From Kudoa neothunni (taxonomy: Eukaryota > Animalia > Cnidaria): a stretch of DNA of 40,490 nt. Position 1 is the first letter of the stretch. The number at the start of each line of letters is the position of its first letter. The stretch is taken from assembly GCA_964304625.1 (NCBI GenBank), contig OZ199840.1:9120192-9160681 (forward strand). Direction: 5' to 3'. Position numbers and translations under genes: made by a program. Below the pieces are notes generated by a model. It was not told where the DNA came from. It saw nothing but the letters and a program-made list of their open reading frames with translations, and did no database searches. Positions 1 to 13,318 of this stretch are shown here, piece after piece.

Positions 1-1247
1 TATTTCGAAAAGTGCTGTTTGATACCACCTTCAACAGCATATCTATGCAAAGGTAGTTGAGATGATATCATCGCTACTGATTAAATCACCATCATTAACG
101 GTGGAATTTCTGACGGTTTTTCTTTTTCTGCTCATTCTGTTAAACATAATTCTAGTTAACGTTAAGATTCGCTCAAAACCAGTAATTTTTTAATTCAAGG
201 AATACTTTTCAACTCATGTGTAATTTGGGATTTTTGAAGCTGAAATTTTTTAGTAATTAAATTAACGAAATTTATTTTGTCTTAATATAAACATGGGTGG
301 TTTTGAAGGCATTTTCTCTAAAAATAATACACCTACTTAATCCCCAATTACACTTAACAATCATCAGTATAATCTTTTGTTTTAGCAAAGTCATCATTTA
401 GGCTAGATATGTGGATATAAATTATACATTGTAATGTGAATCGTTATTAAACAGATATTCTAACTCTAATATTTTAAATAGGTGTTTTGTAAACATTTAT
501 TTCTCAGAAATTTTAATCCTGTACGAAGAAAATACAAGTAAATCGTTTAATAAGAATCAGTCAACTTGTATTGAATATTGAATATTATTAATAGGAGAGT
601 GAAATATAAAAGTAACTTTAAATTGGTTGGACAAATTCCTAGACAATAATATTTTATTTACCTTCTTTATTTCAAAAGAATAATATAAATTGAGGCGGTA
701 TGAGGTATGAAGAGTATATAAATTTATAGATTATAATAAGGAATGGTTTAATTAATTATTTTAAATTTAACAGCCAATTAAGTTCTCTTTGTGTCCATAT
801 TGAATAAGTTGATTGTATAATGCTATGGCTATATACTATTGAAGGTAAATAATCTACTGTGTAATATTGTTTGAACAATTATAATTAATATAATATGTGT
901 AAAATAATTTTTGGTCCGTGAATAATAATTTAGATACCTATTGATATACACATTTTGTATCCATAGTAGTTATTTGATATAAAAATATTTAATACGAAAT
1001 TAGCTCAAGCTACATACATAAAATAGCAAACATCTAATAGTTCCTTATAAATACGTTAGTTCTACTCGAGCTTAGTTAGGAAAATGCTGATTTATATTGC
1101 ATCATTGTAGTAGATAAGCATAATATATAATAGTAGTGAAACTGCAAATATGATTAAAGAATATCTATTGGTTGCTCTCTGAAGTTTAGACCATAATTAT
1201 CTTTCAATAGACAGGTGATCAAATCTAATATATCCGAGTCAGATTTG

Positions 1248-2313
1248 ATGGCGCCTACTTCGAAAATGAATATCATGATTAAGTCTACTTTCCGAATAAC
1301 CACTCCTACAATTTTTAATTTGGTTATTTATTACGTATGCTCTATTGTGATATTCCACTTTCGCTACTTACATAATTGATCGATTAATCAGCTAACCAAT
1401 AAAATCTATTAAACTCATGATGCTTTGTTTTAGGTCGTTGCTGGGACATGCCTAGCTCTAGGAATATGGTTGTGGATTGGCTATGATCGATATCTAGAAA
1501 TGGCTAGAGATGTCTACGGTTGGTATCTAACTAGCAGATTGCTCATACTGGTAGCAGTGATATCGTTTTCCTCGGTTGTCTCATTAATATTTGCGTGGAT
1601 AATGGACTCTAAGCGATTAATGATAATTGTAATTGTTTATTTTGCCGACAGCAAAAACAACACACATACAGCTAATGAATGTCTATATTAATCTATTTTT
1701 TAGTTCATAATTTGGCTCTGCATAGAACAACTTATACTAATCGCTATATCAATAGTGTCATTTTATGGTGCCTCAAAAGTATGCTACAATAAAAACACCC
1801 CACACACATGCCTAACTACTGAGATATTTAGTACAACGAAATTTCGGACAGAAATCCAATAGCAATACAACTACGCCAAAACATAAACAGCTACAATCAT
1901 GATCCTTCTAAAGGGAGCATAAGCTACGCTCGAATTCTCGACCAGATCCAATCACATTATGGTTGCTGTGGATGGGAGAATAAGACCGATTGGCACATCA
2001 CCACCGTCTACCACGAAACCGATACGTATCCACATTCGTGTTGTAAACAAACTAAAACAGATCCAGTTGAATCCGTTTGCAACTCAGCTTCATCCTATTC
2101 AGTGGTATAGATGTAATTAGTTCAATACATGACTTACTTTACTCCAGGGCTGTATCTATATGGTGTTTCCTCACTGGAAAAGATTGCATCTAGGTGTTGG
2201 AGTCGTAACCCTACTTAATTGCTTAATAGGAGTAAACAATTTATCCTATTACTAAATTGATAATTTAATGTTAGGCTATAGTAATATCGATTTTGCTTGT
2301 TGGAAGACAATGA
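1248..2313 (+). CDS. Tetraspanin (6 exons)
   Basis: Frame-consistent GT-AG splicing: introns ~1335-1433, 1629-1703, 1779-1831, ~2105-2147 and ~2232-2274. Four hydrophobic TM segments. The large extracellular loop reads LDQIQSHYGCCGWENKTDW...YPHSCC...VC...GCIY (CCG, PxSCC and final GC motifs of tetraspanins; 6 Cys). Ends LLVGRQ*. Confidence 0.92.
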
Positions 2314-2596
2314 AATTTGCTAATTACATTTTACTAATTGGATAACTAGGAAAGCCAATTATAATATCTTAATTATTTAACGTCAACAACCAATTATGTT
2401 ATCATGGTCATTTCAAAACGTCAATTGTATATTTTACGCGGTAAAGGTAAAACACCAATTTGTTCATTGTTTGTGGTGGAAATTGCGCTCATTTACTAAT
2501 TTACTAGTTTTGTGTATGCAATTATAAATAAATACACATTTCCATGGAAATAAGATATATCAGACATTATCACTTTTACGAGCAGTTAAGGGGTAA

Positions 2597-5109
2597 TTAA
2601 TATTGGCGGTGTAAGAGAGAGTAGTCTCAGAGAGATTGTTGCAGTAACGCACATGGTCGTAGGATCCGATTCTGGTACTATTCTATTATATCGGTGTGAG
2701 TGAATATAAGCTGTTTAAGAGTAAAAAAACTAATGTAGTACTTTGTTATCATTTCGATTGGAGGAGGTATTTTTGTACAAAAGTTTGTTAATCACATTCA
2801 TCTGTAACCATTATAATCTTAGAGACAATAATGAGAAAAAAACCAACCTTTGACTCTTGAAGTTGTTCTTGTTTTCGTTGAATGCGTTGTTGGTTCTTAA
2901 TTTTCTTCCTAATTTTCTCTTCTTCCGTATTTTTTGCACTCTTTGTGGATTTTTTAGGTTTAGTCGACTGATCATCCACATTGTCAAATTCGTTGAAATA
3001 AGGAACAGCTTCACCATTTTCGATTTGTTGTTGTCGTTCGATCATTGCTCGCTGAATTTGACAAATAAATGGATATAAACATGTGCAACACATCAGCAAC
3101 TACCTGTCTAGATGTAAGATTCCTTTTATTCGGTTGTTTTACATCATTTACACTTGAATTAGCACTGATATCAAAATCGTCCGACACCAGCTCATTATCT
3201 ACTACTCATTAGTACACAATCAAATCATTACGACGAAAATGGTAGATAAATTACCAAGTGGATCGGATTGCTCCATATCAATAGGATCCTCCTCATCGTC
3301 ATAGGATTTAGTTCTTTTTTTCTTTTTAGTTAATTTCCCTACGACATAAAGTGGCTAAGGCGATGATCATAAATATTACTAGTGTTAGGAAGAGATTTCC
3401 CTCGTTTATTAGGTTTAATTTGTTCTTGATCATTGCCTAAAATATCCAAATAAATTTTATAATTTAAAAAAATACAATAAAATTGATAGTAGGTCAATTA
3501 GATTTGTTCGAGTTAAGACTGGTGGTTAACAATGTGTTTTTCTATTAATTTGAAATAGCTATTGTTTAAAAATGCTATGTCAACTCTCTAACAATCTCTG
3601 GGTCTTAATAATTCCTCCTAAAATTAATTTTTTAAAAATAACAGGAAATAAATTAAACTATTTAAGGCATAATCATTAAACGAATTATGGAGATACTCTT
3701 TTATTTTTATAAAGATTCAGTTATTTTTTAAATTTGGGAACAGTTTGAGTCGTTTAAAAATTTGTCGACTTCAACTAAATCTTTGGTATCAAAAAGTTAA
3801 GTTAATGTGACGATAACAATGAGTAACACAATAGGATACAATGATGATCATAATAGTCAGATTTTGAGTTTGACAATTATCAATCAAAATCCTCAGAAAG
3901 TTGCAGTGAAAAGTTAAGATAATATAACAAGTAAGAATGAGTTAGTTTGGAGTTTAATCAAGCTTTATACATGTAAAACATCGTGAACTCTCGCCTCGAA
4001 TTTTTCATTATTGTTTAAGTTTAAGATTATCAAAAACAATTCTCAATGTTTTAAGACATTTTTTATAGAGTGTATTTATAATGAAATTATCTTAAAATTC
4101 AAATATTTTTAAAAAATCGTAATTTATGTAATAATTTAAGACTACTTCAAACTTTGAATGAAAGCAGAATAAGTAGTGATAATAATATTAGAAGAATGAG
4201 ATGTAGATTTTAAATCCGAAAATGGTAAAAAAATTTATAAAAATGCACGAGTTTTAATAGTTTTAATATCACCTCCAACCATTAAAGAAGTGTTTCAACT
4301 GTTAAATTTAAAATTTTTATTTAAAATAAATATTAGATTTTTACTGGCTTATTTCACAAATTTTTGGAGTTAACATATAACGAAGTGGCATGAAATACTA
4401 TATAGTCGGTTCTAATTAGATGAAGTTGCAATTAACTAAGTTAAGTGAATGATTTTCTTTTTGCAAAAATTTTGTCTGTAAAGATTTTTTTTTGGCGCGA
4501 ACAGACTAATACAATTTCTTCAATTCTGCTATATTAAACAAATTCTACGGTCTTTTTTAACTGGATGACCTTACGAGATAATTTCCTCCAAGCTCGTTAG
4601 GGGGTTAATAAGGATTAAATCAAATTAATACTAAGAAAATATTAGGATGGATGTTCGAACCACAATGTACACAATGAGTCGATCATAATAAATTTAAGTT
4701 TTTAATGTGGCAAAAATTCAAGCGTATTAAAATTGGGAAAATACTTTTTTCTGACGGTTCGCTATTCTCACTAACATCCACACTGTTAGTTTTTGTTTTT
4801 GGTGTTTTGGATGCAAGCATCTAGGGATAGTTACAAAATTACAGAAATAAAATCAGTTATCATCTTGTTTACTTTTGTTTTGGATCTAAAAATAAAAAAA
4901 CCTGTTTATTACTAAATCCAAGGTAGTTAGAAGGATTTTTATACCTAGTGGTGCGTTTCTTTGTGGTTTTAACAGGCAAATCTTCATAGTCTTCATTGAT
5001 TTCTAGATAAGTTGATTTTCTCTTACGCGTCGATTTCCTCAATTGTTCTAAAATAGTTTATTTTAATTATTACTGAAATAACATTCAGTAAGGCAGATTT
5101 ACCGGTCAT
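2597..5109 (-). CDS. INO80B: INO80 complex subunit B / PAPA-1 (Ies2)-like protein, ~10 exons
   Basis: Spliced model MTEQLRKSTRKRK...KRNLTSRQRAMIERQQ...EEEKIRKKIKNQQRIQRKQEQLQESKMNVINKLL...HVRYCNNLSETTLLHRQY*. LTxRQRA, the charged helix and VRYC...TL match the INO80B/PAPA-1 pattern as recalled. One ~1.3 kb intron (~3437-4744). Confidence 0.75.
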
Positions 5110-7378
5110 ATTCTGTTAATGTCTTCGATAAACCTCGATATACGTCGTGAAGCAATTAAACTAAACTTTGCATTGTTTGGCAATTCGCTTAAACTTTTGG
5201 TTAGCTACATAAAAGGCTAGTTTTCTTTCGGATAAACTAAAAAACTTTTTAATTTGAGAATGTAATTATTAGTTCATATCTATATTTGAATCTTGCTATA
5301 GTCTGATTATATATTGGGAGATTTCAATTTAGGCACATACTCTTACATTTATATAACAAAATTAATCTAAAAAATTCTATTTTTCGTCATAGAGTCCTTC
5401 GTTATATCGTGATTTCCTTATAAAGCAATATTTTTACCGAATGTGAGATTAGATATTGCCGGGCTTAGGAAAACTAGAAAGAAAATAGATATAAATCCTC
5501 AGCCACCCCTAGATCGTTTTAATAAATATATAAAGGGTACTGAAAGGAAACAATAACATTGATAAGACTCTCAAATATAATCTTTGTAGTAACCACAGTT
5601 TTATGAAAGCATCGATAAGAATTTGTTGGTCAATCATCGTCCAACGTGATTCTTTCGAATGAGACAAAAGTGTTAAATTAAATTCTGTTAATTATACATA
5701 ATGATTTTCCTCGTAAAAGTACAACTGAATTATCTCCAAGGTAAATGAACTGATTTTTACGGTGATACATCACGGTAAGCTAGTTCCGGGTTACGCTACA
5801 CTGGAATAAGTAGCATTAATCGTTAAAGAGTTGTTCGATTAAGTAAGTTTTCAGGAAACCAGTAATACATACCTTCGAGAAAGTGGTCAAAGAAATATTG
5901 AAATTAGCTTGTTCTTATTGCTATTACTTCTACAAGTCGATATTACATTTACGATTTTTAGAATTTTGTTTATTCGTCATGAATAAACATAATTATAAAA
6001 GATCTTCTAATGTATATATTTTATAAAAATATACTTTATAAGTGTAGGTTTAAACAATAATTATCCGATTACATTGGAGGTTCGAAAATGTATCTGTTTG
6101 TATTAAACTAGCGGATAAAAATATTTGATAAAAATAATGATTGTATGAATTGTCGGCCGCCGCAAAGAATACACAATATTAACATAACTTCAAAATAATG
6201 GCGTTTGTATCAAAACGTCGAGAATCGTCGAATTACAATTCTAAGGGAATATGACTTCGTTTTTCCTTTGTATACTTTATAAAAATGTTCGACTAAAAAT
6301 TACATATTATCAGAGAAAGTGGTTATTTGCATGATAAGTAATAGTCAAATGAATGTAGTTTTGACTATATTTAATTATTTCTGATCTAATGATCCACTTT
6401 TAAGGGTCAGAATTAATTAAGTATGGGAGATTCTACAAAATAAACTGTACACACCAGGTGTAAATAGGAGTTTTTCTAGGATTAAAAATATCCATTAGAA
6501 TATCTACCTCAATTGTAAAATTACTTACATTAATTAATTATATATTTATTATTCAAATTTTATACTTATCTTTAAAGAATGAACAATATTTATGAAATGT
6601 TATTAGATATATTATTTATTTGAAAATTAGAAAGAAAATGATAAAATAAAATCATTTAAATATAAAAATAAATTTATTTCAACTTAGCGTATATTAAAAT
6701 TACAATTATGTTTTAATAGTTCTTGTTAATATCCATTATTTTAATTTTATCAACATAACATTTTCATCTGGTATAATATGAATGTGAAATTTTCTTTAAT
6801 TAATTAATATTTATTATATTTAAAGAATGTTAATACTTTTCAACTTATGATTATGCCAATGGCGTAAAACGCGGGCTAACGTTTGCCAATGAGCGAAATA
6901 CTTTTTTAAGTAATTTATTTAATAGAAAATCAGGTGGGTTTACTGTAGTCAATAGAATTAATTGTTTCAATTTGGAGTGCGAAATACAAATAAACAATGA
7001 CCTATCCCCGTACCATAATTACGAACGATTATACGACATTTACATCAATGCTTAGAATATGATAACAAATATAATATATTGGAAATTGAATTAATGGTAA
7101 AGACTATTCATTTTAATCCTACTAAAAATTTGATTCACAATTACTTAAAAATTCCAAATTCTAATCAAAGCCATTGTAATTAATAATAGTATTTGATTGC
7201 GTGTTGAACATCTTCAACTCTCAAATGGATATAGAGTTTTGTTTATTCGTAAATATCGTGTTTTTAATTACCTAGAAATTGTTTATCAAGATGCTCAAAC
7301 TACACCTATTAATTCTAATAACTGCGACTAGAGGGGATCTAAACGATAATCGATGATTATAGTTGATCTGATTTTGAG

Positions 7379-8686
7379 ATGATGTCGTCACAAGGTTCCG
7401 ACTCAGATGTTGATGAGGGAACCTTATACACCTATGACTCCTCGATAATGGAAGAAGAATGTAAGTTGAATCATTATATAAGTGCTAATTTTATCTTGTT
7501 ATAAGATGACACTACTGATTCCTACTCATTGGAATCATTGAACAAGTTGAAAACAGATTTAAAAATTTCAGCTCAGGCAGGTCTAAAGCTTTTAAGTGAT
7601 AATAAAATACTTCGAAATCAACTAAATCAATGTGTTCTTATGTATAATAAACTGTTGGAGGTAGTTTTGAGTTGTTCTCGCCATCCTAATATTAATCTAT
7701 CCACAATTAATCATATTAATTTCTCTATCTAAATACATTTGAAAGATTTTATACCTAATAATGAACCATTGACCCAATCTCAAGTTTCCCTTCGTTTAGG
7801 ATTATTCTTTGGAAAGACAACGCAATCTCACAACAAAAACTAAAATTTCAGAAGTATACGAGGAAAGATTATTCGAACTCCAGAGCCAGCTCGAGCAAAA
7901 GGACATCCAAAACACATCCACGATCTTGAATAGTAAACCCTACGAAAAGCTAATGAAAAAATACGATGATGTATTACAATGAACATTAATAACATTTTAA
8001 CTACTCTAATATAATATAATAATTTATATATTTGGTAGATGTCTATGAATGTGAGTGAAATGAAGAATGAATTACGACGTTATGAGAATATTTTCAATGA
8101 AATGAATTCCAATTATAATCATGAAAATTCTCATCCTACAACGCTATCCGACCATTCATCGAATCTCAATGTACGTTTGCGTGGATGAAGCGAAAATTAG
8201 CGCCAATATATTATAGAGTGATCTAACACCAAGTACCGACTATGAGATACTTGAGATAAAACAAACTCAAATGCTTCTGGATGAGATAATTATTTTACGT
8301 AATAACTATCAAAACGAAATCTATAGTGTATATAATTCAAAAACTTTACTATAATAATTAGTATCAATAATTAAGCTTCAACAAAATATTGTAAATATAA
8401 CTAATCAGAACGAAAATCTCAGCGGAAAATTGGAAGAAACCCTCGACGAGTAAGTTCATCTTGTTGTTGGTGTTTATTGTCACGGAAGCTGTTTCTAAGA
8501 TTAAATCATCAAAGCGATGTGTGCTCTAGAGCCATTGACTCTTGTAAAAAACTAAGCATCCAGTTGGTAGATGCGAACAATGAAATTTTAATTCTCAAAG
8601 ATAAAATCCACGGCTCAAAAAAACAGAGCAGGTATGTGTGTACAGTAACATTAGGAATATCTATTTTTTAAAGATTTAAACGATAA
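7379..8686 (+). CDS. Coiled-coil protein with N-terminal CC1-box-like motif (Spindly/BICD/HAP1-TRAK-type dynein adaptor), ~8 exons, ~290 aa
   Basis: Frame-consistent exons: MMSSQGSDSDVDEG...LKTDLKISAQAGLKLLSDNKILRNQLNQC...DYSLERQ...EERLFELQSQLEQ...GSKKQSRFKR*. (S/A)AQxG followed by a heptad helix resembles the AAxxG CC1 box. The last exon is uncertain. Confidence 0.6.
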
Positions 8687-9539
8687 TTGAATTGATCAGG
8701 TTCAAATGTGTGATTATGTCAAACATTTCTCGATGATATATATTTTTTCATTTTCTTTCACTTGCATGGATAGATTTTTGATGCTGCTGAGTCTGTTTTT
8801 TAAATTAAATTTGAGTAAAACTTGCATAATTTTCAAATCATTACACAAAACTCCAGATATTAATCCTTAACTTCTTTCACTTTTCCATTATTTTAAAGTT
8901 TCCTATCATCATCAGCAAGAGAGTCAAATTTTGATGATAAATTTTGTCATGATTTATTTAAAAAAGTTTTCGTACGTTAGAATATATCTGCTTTATGACT
9001 ATTTTTGAGAACGACTGATTTTTTGAAGGCATGACATAAGTCTTCAAAGTATTGGATTATCAGTAGAATATCAGAATTTCTATTGTAATGAGAGATTTAA
9101 TGGCATCGAAATTATACGTTTTTTTTTAAATTCAGGGGCTCAAGAAAATCCTACAAACTAATGATTTTTGCAATTCGTATGCTTAATTTAAAAATTCAAA
9201 GCGATCTAAAACCCAAGTAATATTCGATGGTACTTGTCTCTTATCGGTTCACAAACATACAGTTTTTCTTCCAAAATGAGATTTGGTCTTATATTAATTT
9301 AACAGAAGAAATGGTTATTATGTCTTATTTTATAGTTAGGTCTTATATTTCTATGTGAATATCTAAAAAAGTGATATAAATTAAGTTTTCTATAGCATCA
9401 AATTGTTATTAACTCGATAGAAAACACAATTACCTGACAATGCACTTTCGTTCGTAAAAATTTCGTTCGTTCGCATTTGTGACAACATTTTGGCTAAATT
9501 TTGAATTGTCTCGTTCGTGTTCGCGCCACCATGACAGTT

Positions 9540-9980
9540 TGGAATTAGTCGTTTCACTAATCGAATATCAAGATACTTTTTCCTTAAAAAGGGGACTTTT
9601 TGATTATCATATCGAGGATATTAGTATGAACTCACAGGGTCGAGCTAACACTTGGGATTTCATCAACTATAGCTGTACCTTGTTTAAAGGGAATATTTTT
9701 ATTAAATTTCTCAAAAATATATGATAATCCTTTAAGTTAGTGAATTTAGGTTAGTAGATGTTTATTAAAGTAGGAGTAGTTGAGTTCTAGATCAAGTAAT
9801 AAAGTAGGACTATTAATCTAAAAACAACCTTTTGAGCGTCATTTTTTATCTATTCCTAAGCGATCGTTCATAATTAAATAAATGAAACTCTAAAGTAACG
9901 ATTCAGCTAATTTTTCTATCAAATCTCGAATACAACATCATCGACATTTGCAAAATCTTCATTAAGTTTCAAAAACACAC
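9540..9980 (+). pseudogene. Stop-riddled copy of an unknown repeated ORF (paralog at ~31005-31460, minus strand)
   Basis: YHIEDISMNSQGRANTWDFINYSCTLFKGNIFIKFLKNI aligns with ISIGSQARINVWDLVNFSCTMFIINILNKIIKNS at 31089-31394(-). Similarity continues through several in-frame stops. Confidence 0.6.
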
Positions 9981-11068
9981 TCCATTATTCCTGCATTGAC
10001 TTTTAAATTAATTATATGTCGTAAAAACATTTTTAATAATGTTTTGTTTTCAAAGTTATATGATTCAGGCATTTAATAATAATTAATTATTTTCTATATC
10101 ATTATTTATATATCTACTATAAACTTTTGACAAAATTATTTCAATTAATTAATACATTTTTTAGTTAATATATTTTTTAGGTGAAAATTTATTTGCATTA
10201 AAAGGAGTTAAAATCATTTTATCATTAAAATTTTTTAATCAAACTTTTTAAAAAGCTAAATTAAATAAATAAAAAGTAAAATAAAATGGGATTTAACTAA
10301 GATGATGCATAGTAAACTTCATATAGTTGCACTCTTTTTTTTTGGTAATATATGACTTATAAAAATTTAAGTTTAATCTAATTTAATATTTTCTCAATTT
10401 ATTATTATATTTTAAGGTTTCTATTTTTTATCACGTATGTAAAAAATTTGTAATAAACTTATGTAGGTTAATTGGATGGATTAGCGTATTTCTAGAAATT
10501 GTGATAATAAATTTATATGTTTTAGAATCAATTTGAATATAATATATAATTTGAATTGAGAAAAATTATTAAGAATACAATTTCGTAATGTAAATAGCAT
10601 AAAACATTTGTTATTGTTTTCTTAAGGATTAGTTTATTACTAGTTTAATATTTACCGAGTCATATTTCCAATATATCTCAAAAATTAAACCTCCGCATAC
10701 AAAACTCATGAATATGGTTTCGTTCGTGCTTCGTGTCAAAATTTAGGCATGGTATTTAATTCATGAATACACGAAAGTGGATTTTCTGATAATTACTCAT
10801 TAATGATGTAACTACGGCGTATTAATAAAGTTCTTGCCGAATAATCACCACGAAGTAAATCTGAATCAGTGTCAGCTCTTATCTAAAATCCCCATTAAAA
10901 ATATCGCCAGGTCATATTTTCGAAGAAACATGGTAGCTCAACAATAACATCTCGTCTTTAAAAAACTTATACAATCTAAATTACAATACAATAACGTATC
11001 TTTCATCGCAGTTAAAAATTATGTTTTAAAATATTTTAGAGTCCTTCAAATTAAATCTGTGTAATTAA

Positions 11069-12508
11069 CCCTCTAACGATTTTGGTTTTGGGGGTAAATT
11101 TTACCTCAAAGCGATTTTGTATTGAGCATAACTTTTTATTTCATTCATAAAATCTCACCAAATTTTCAATATTTTTGTAACTTAAACTGATTTACTTTAA
11201 ATTAACAAATTGGAAAAAACTAAAGAAAAGAAAAAATTATATTTAAATATTATTCTCTAACATTTTTGGGGGTAAAATTTATCCCACTTTTTTACTACTT
11301 TAATGTAAAGAGTATCTTGTAAATAATCAAATAATACATTGTCAGTTAAATCAAACGAGTCGATTTGAAGAAAACAATCAACAAAATGACTAGTCGGATC
11401 AATGCACATGCGCGAATATACCTCATCTGGAGGTGAATTTGACGATCAAGTTATTGATTAAAGTGATATATCGGGCGAAGAAATAGATCCCATAAACATT
11501 AACAATAATAATTTAAAAAGTCATTCATTGATTGTTTTTTTGTTATTCTTTGCATCAGAAATCAGTAGTATTATCATAAAATTATCATAAAGTATGCGAA
11601 AAATATGCAAAAAATATGCTTTGGAATCACTATTTCAATGATGAGAGGTATGATACCAATGAAGCTTAATTTAAAGGTTATGTAGACCTACCTTCTAATA
11701 CTAAGCGTTATTCAGAAGGATATACAAGTATCATTGATAATACTGTCATCGATGCGTCTGAAAATTTCCAACCTCATATGATAATGCATTACAATGCAAC
11801 CAAGGATGGGACTGATAATGCGGATAGAATGTTGGCATCAATTTCTAACCATAAGTTTAAAAGAAGACAGCCGCTTATCGTCTTTTTAACATGATTAATG
11901 TACTTGCATTATCCAATGACATATTTGATTCAGAGAAAATATTAAGGAGAAACTTTCTGAAAGAGATTTCTGAAGAATTGTACAATTCACTGTAAATAAA
12001 TTAATTATATCCAGAAATGTCCTCAAAAGAAATTTAAATAAATCTGATATTCGAATAAAGTTTAAATAAAAATCGTCACTTTTAGGTTATTGAGAAAGAT
12101 CAAATGATAAGAGAAACTCTAAATAGGTGTCATAATTGCTGTAAGTTTTATTTCTCCACGCATGCTTCGAAATTTTTTTAAAATGCCAAAATTAATTGTT
12201 GTGCTTATTTTTGTTTTTTTTTTCATTATTTTTTAATGATTTTTTATCAGCCGATAACGTTACTTTAATTTTGTAAACACTTACGGAGAATGTCGATATA
12301 CCTCGATAATGTCATAATCGAGATTAGTTTGAGATTATTCAGCGTAATTAATACAATATTCCAATGATTCTACTCGTTTAAATTTAACAATATTTTCCAT
12401 TACCCAATTAATTATTTTTTTACACACATTGGCTCAATAAAAAGTGTGGTAATTTCTATCACAAAAGTGTTACAGGGGTACACCGTTTTTGAGGCTGTTA
12501 GAGGAGGG
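11069..12508 (+). mobile_element. Internally deleted, decayed piggyBac DNA transposon with both ends
   Basis: Left end TTAA|CCCTCTAAC (11065-) and right end GTTAGAGGAGGG|TTAA (-12512) give a TTAA target duplication and CCC...GGG termini. The subterminal repeat TTTTGGGGGTAAA(A)TTT occurs twice (~11087, ~11263). Residual peptide PHMIMHYNATKDGTDNADRML...KRRQPLIVF matches the piggyBac YNxxKGGVD...RRWP motif. Confidence 0.88.
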
Positions 12509-12595
12509 TTAAGTAACTGTTTTATTTTACGCAAGCGCACGCAATTCCAATTTGTGTTGTGGAGGGGAGATAATATTATGTATACTAGTTAGTTA

Positions 12596-13318
12596 TTATA
12601 TAAACGTTGGATTTAATTGGGGATGAGATGTTTTTTTGAGAATTCCCTCACAAAATTCAATTGTTCTACTCCCAAATTTATTTGGGGGCGGGAACTTTTG
12701 ATCAAACTAATGGTTTCCTCTACACTCATTCCATGTTTCTATTTATTCAATCAGATTCGACAAACCACATCAAATCAACATACTCTAATTAAATAGCACA
12801 TCACCATCAATACACTCCTTCCTTTACCAGCTTTGCAGTGGACGTAAATTTCATTGTTGGAATCTCTCCCCAGAACGCCATCCATAAAATCCAGCCCCCT
12901 TAACACATCGTCTTCCAATGGTAACATATCAAAATCATAGCATGGAACCACACATTGTTCAATCTCATATTTTTTCCATTTCTATCCACCAAAGAGATTA
13001 TTTTTGTTTCAGTTTCAAATGAATAAACCTCCTCGGATGGAGTAAATAGTAGTTCATGAGGCGACAGTATTGAGACTACACCTCGTAATCGGTCATTTTT
13101 CACCAACTTATAAATCAAAAATTCAATTTTTCTCCTCCACCAATAACACAAATAACCTTTTTATATACACTATTCGTTGGATAACCTCCAAGGATTATGT
13201 TTGGTGTGATTTGATTATACCATGTGAGTCCATTTCGGTTCTGAACGCTTAAATTCCAGAACAATGTAATAGGGAAAGCTACAATAGAGCCTAATCTAGT
13301 TTGAAGTATCCATTGCAT
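12596..13318 (-). CDS. PTPMT1: Mitochondrial phosphatidylglycerophosphatase / dual-specificity phosphatase PTPMT1 (4 exons)
   Basis: Spliced: MQWILQTRLGSIVAFPITLFWN...WYNQITPNIILGGYP...RGVVSILSPHEL...KWKKYEIEQCVVPCYDFDMLP...IYVHCKAGKGRSVLMVMCYLIRKHGMSVEETISLIKSSRPQINLG. FPxTL, WYxxI and the CX5R P-loop are typical of PTPMT1. An alternative upstream ATG lies at 13372. Confidence 0.88.

Noticed and set aside
1-150. Minus-strand frame MSRKRKTVRNSTVNDGDLISSDDIISTTFA*
   Set aside because: It is short, ends in a stop, has no convincing splice model or recognisable motif, and sits at the window edge.
3600-4620. Possible hAT-like transposase relic in the large INO80B intron
   Set aside because: It looks like decayed coding DNA, but no diagnostic motif or TIR could be read with confidence.
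8700-8737. Alternative last exon of the Spindly-like gene reading RFKCVIMSNISR*, containing the CAAX-like CVIM
   Set aside because: CVIM is not terminal (followed by TCA, not a stop), and a nearer acceptor exists. It would matter only if reads show a stop at that codon.
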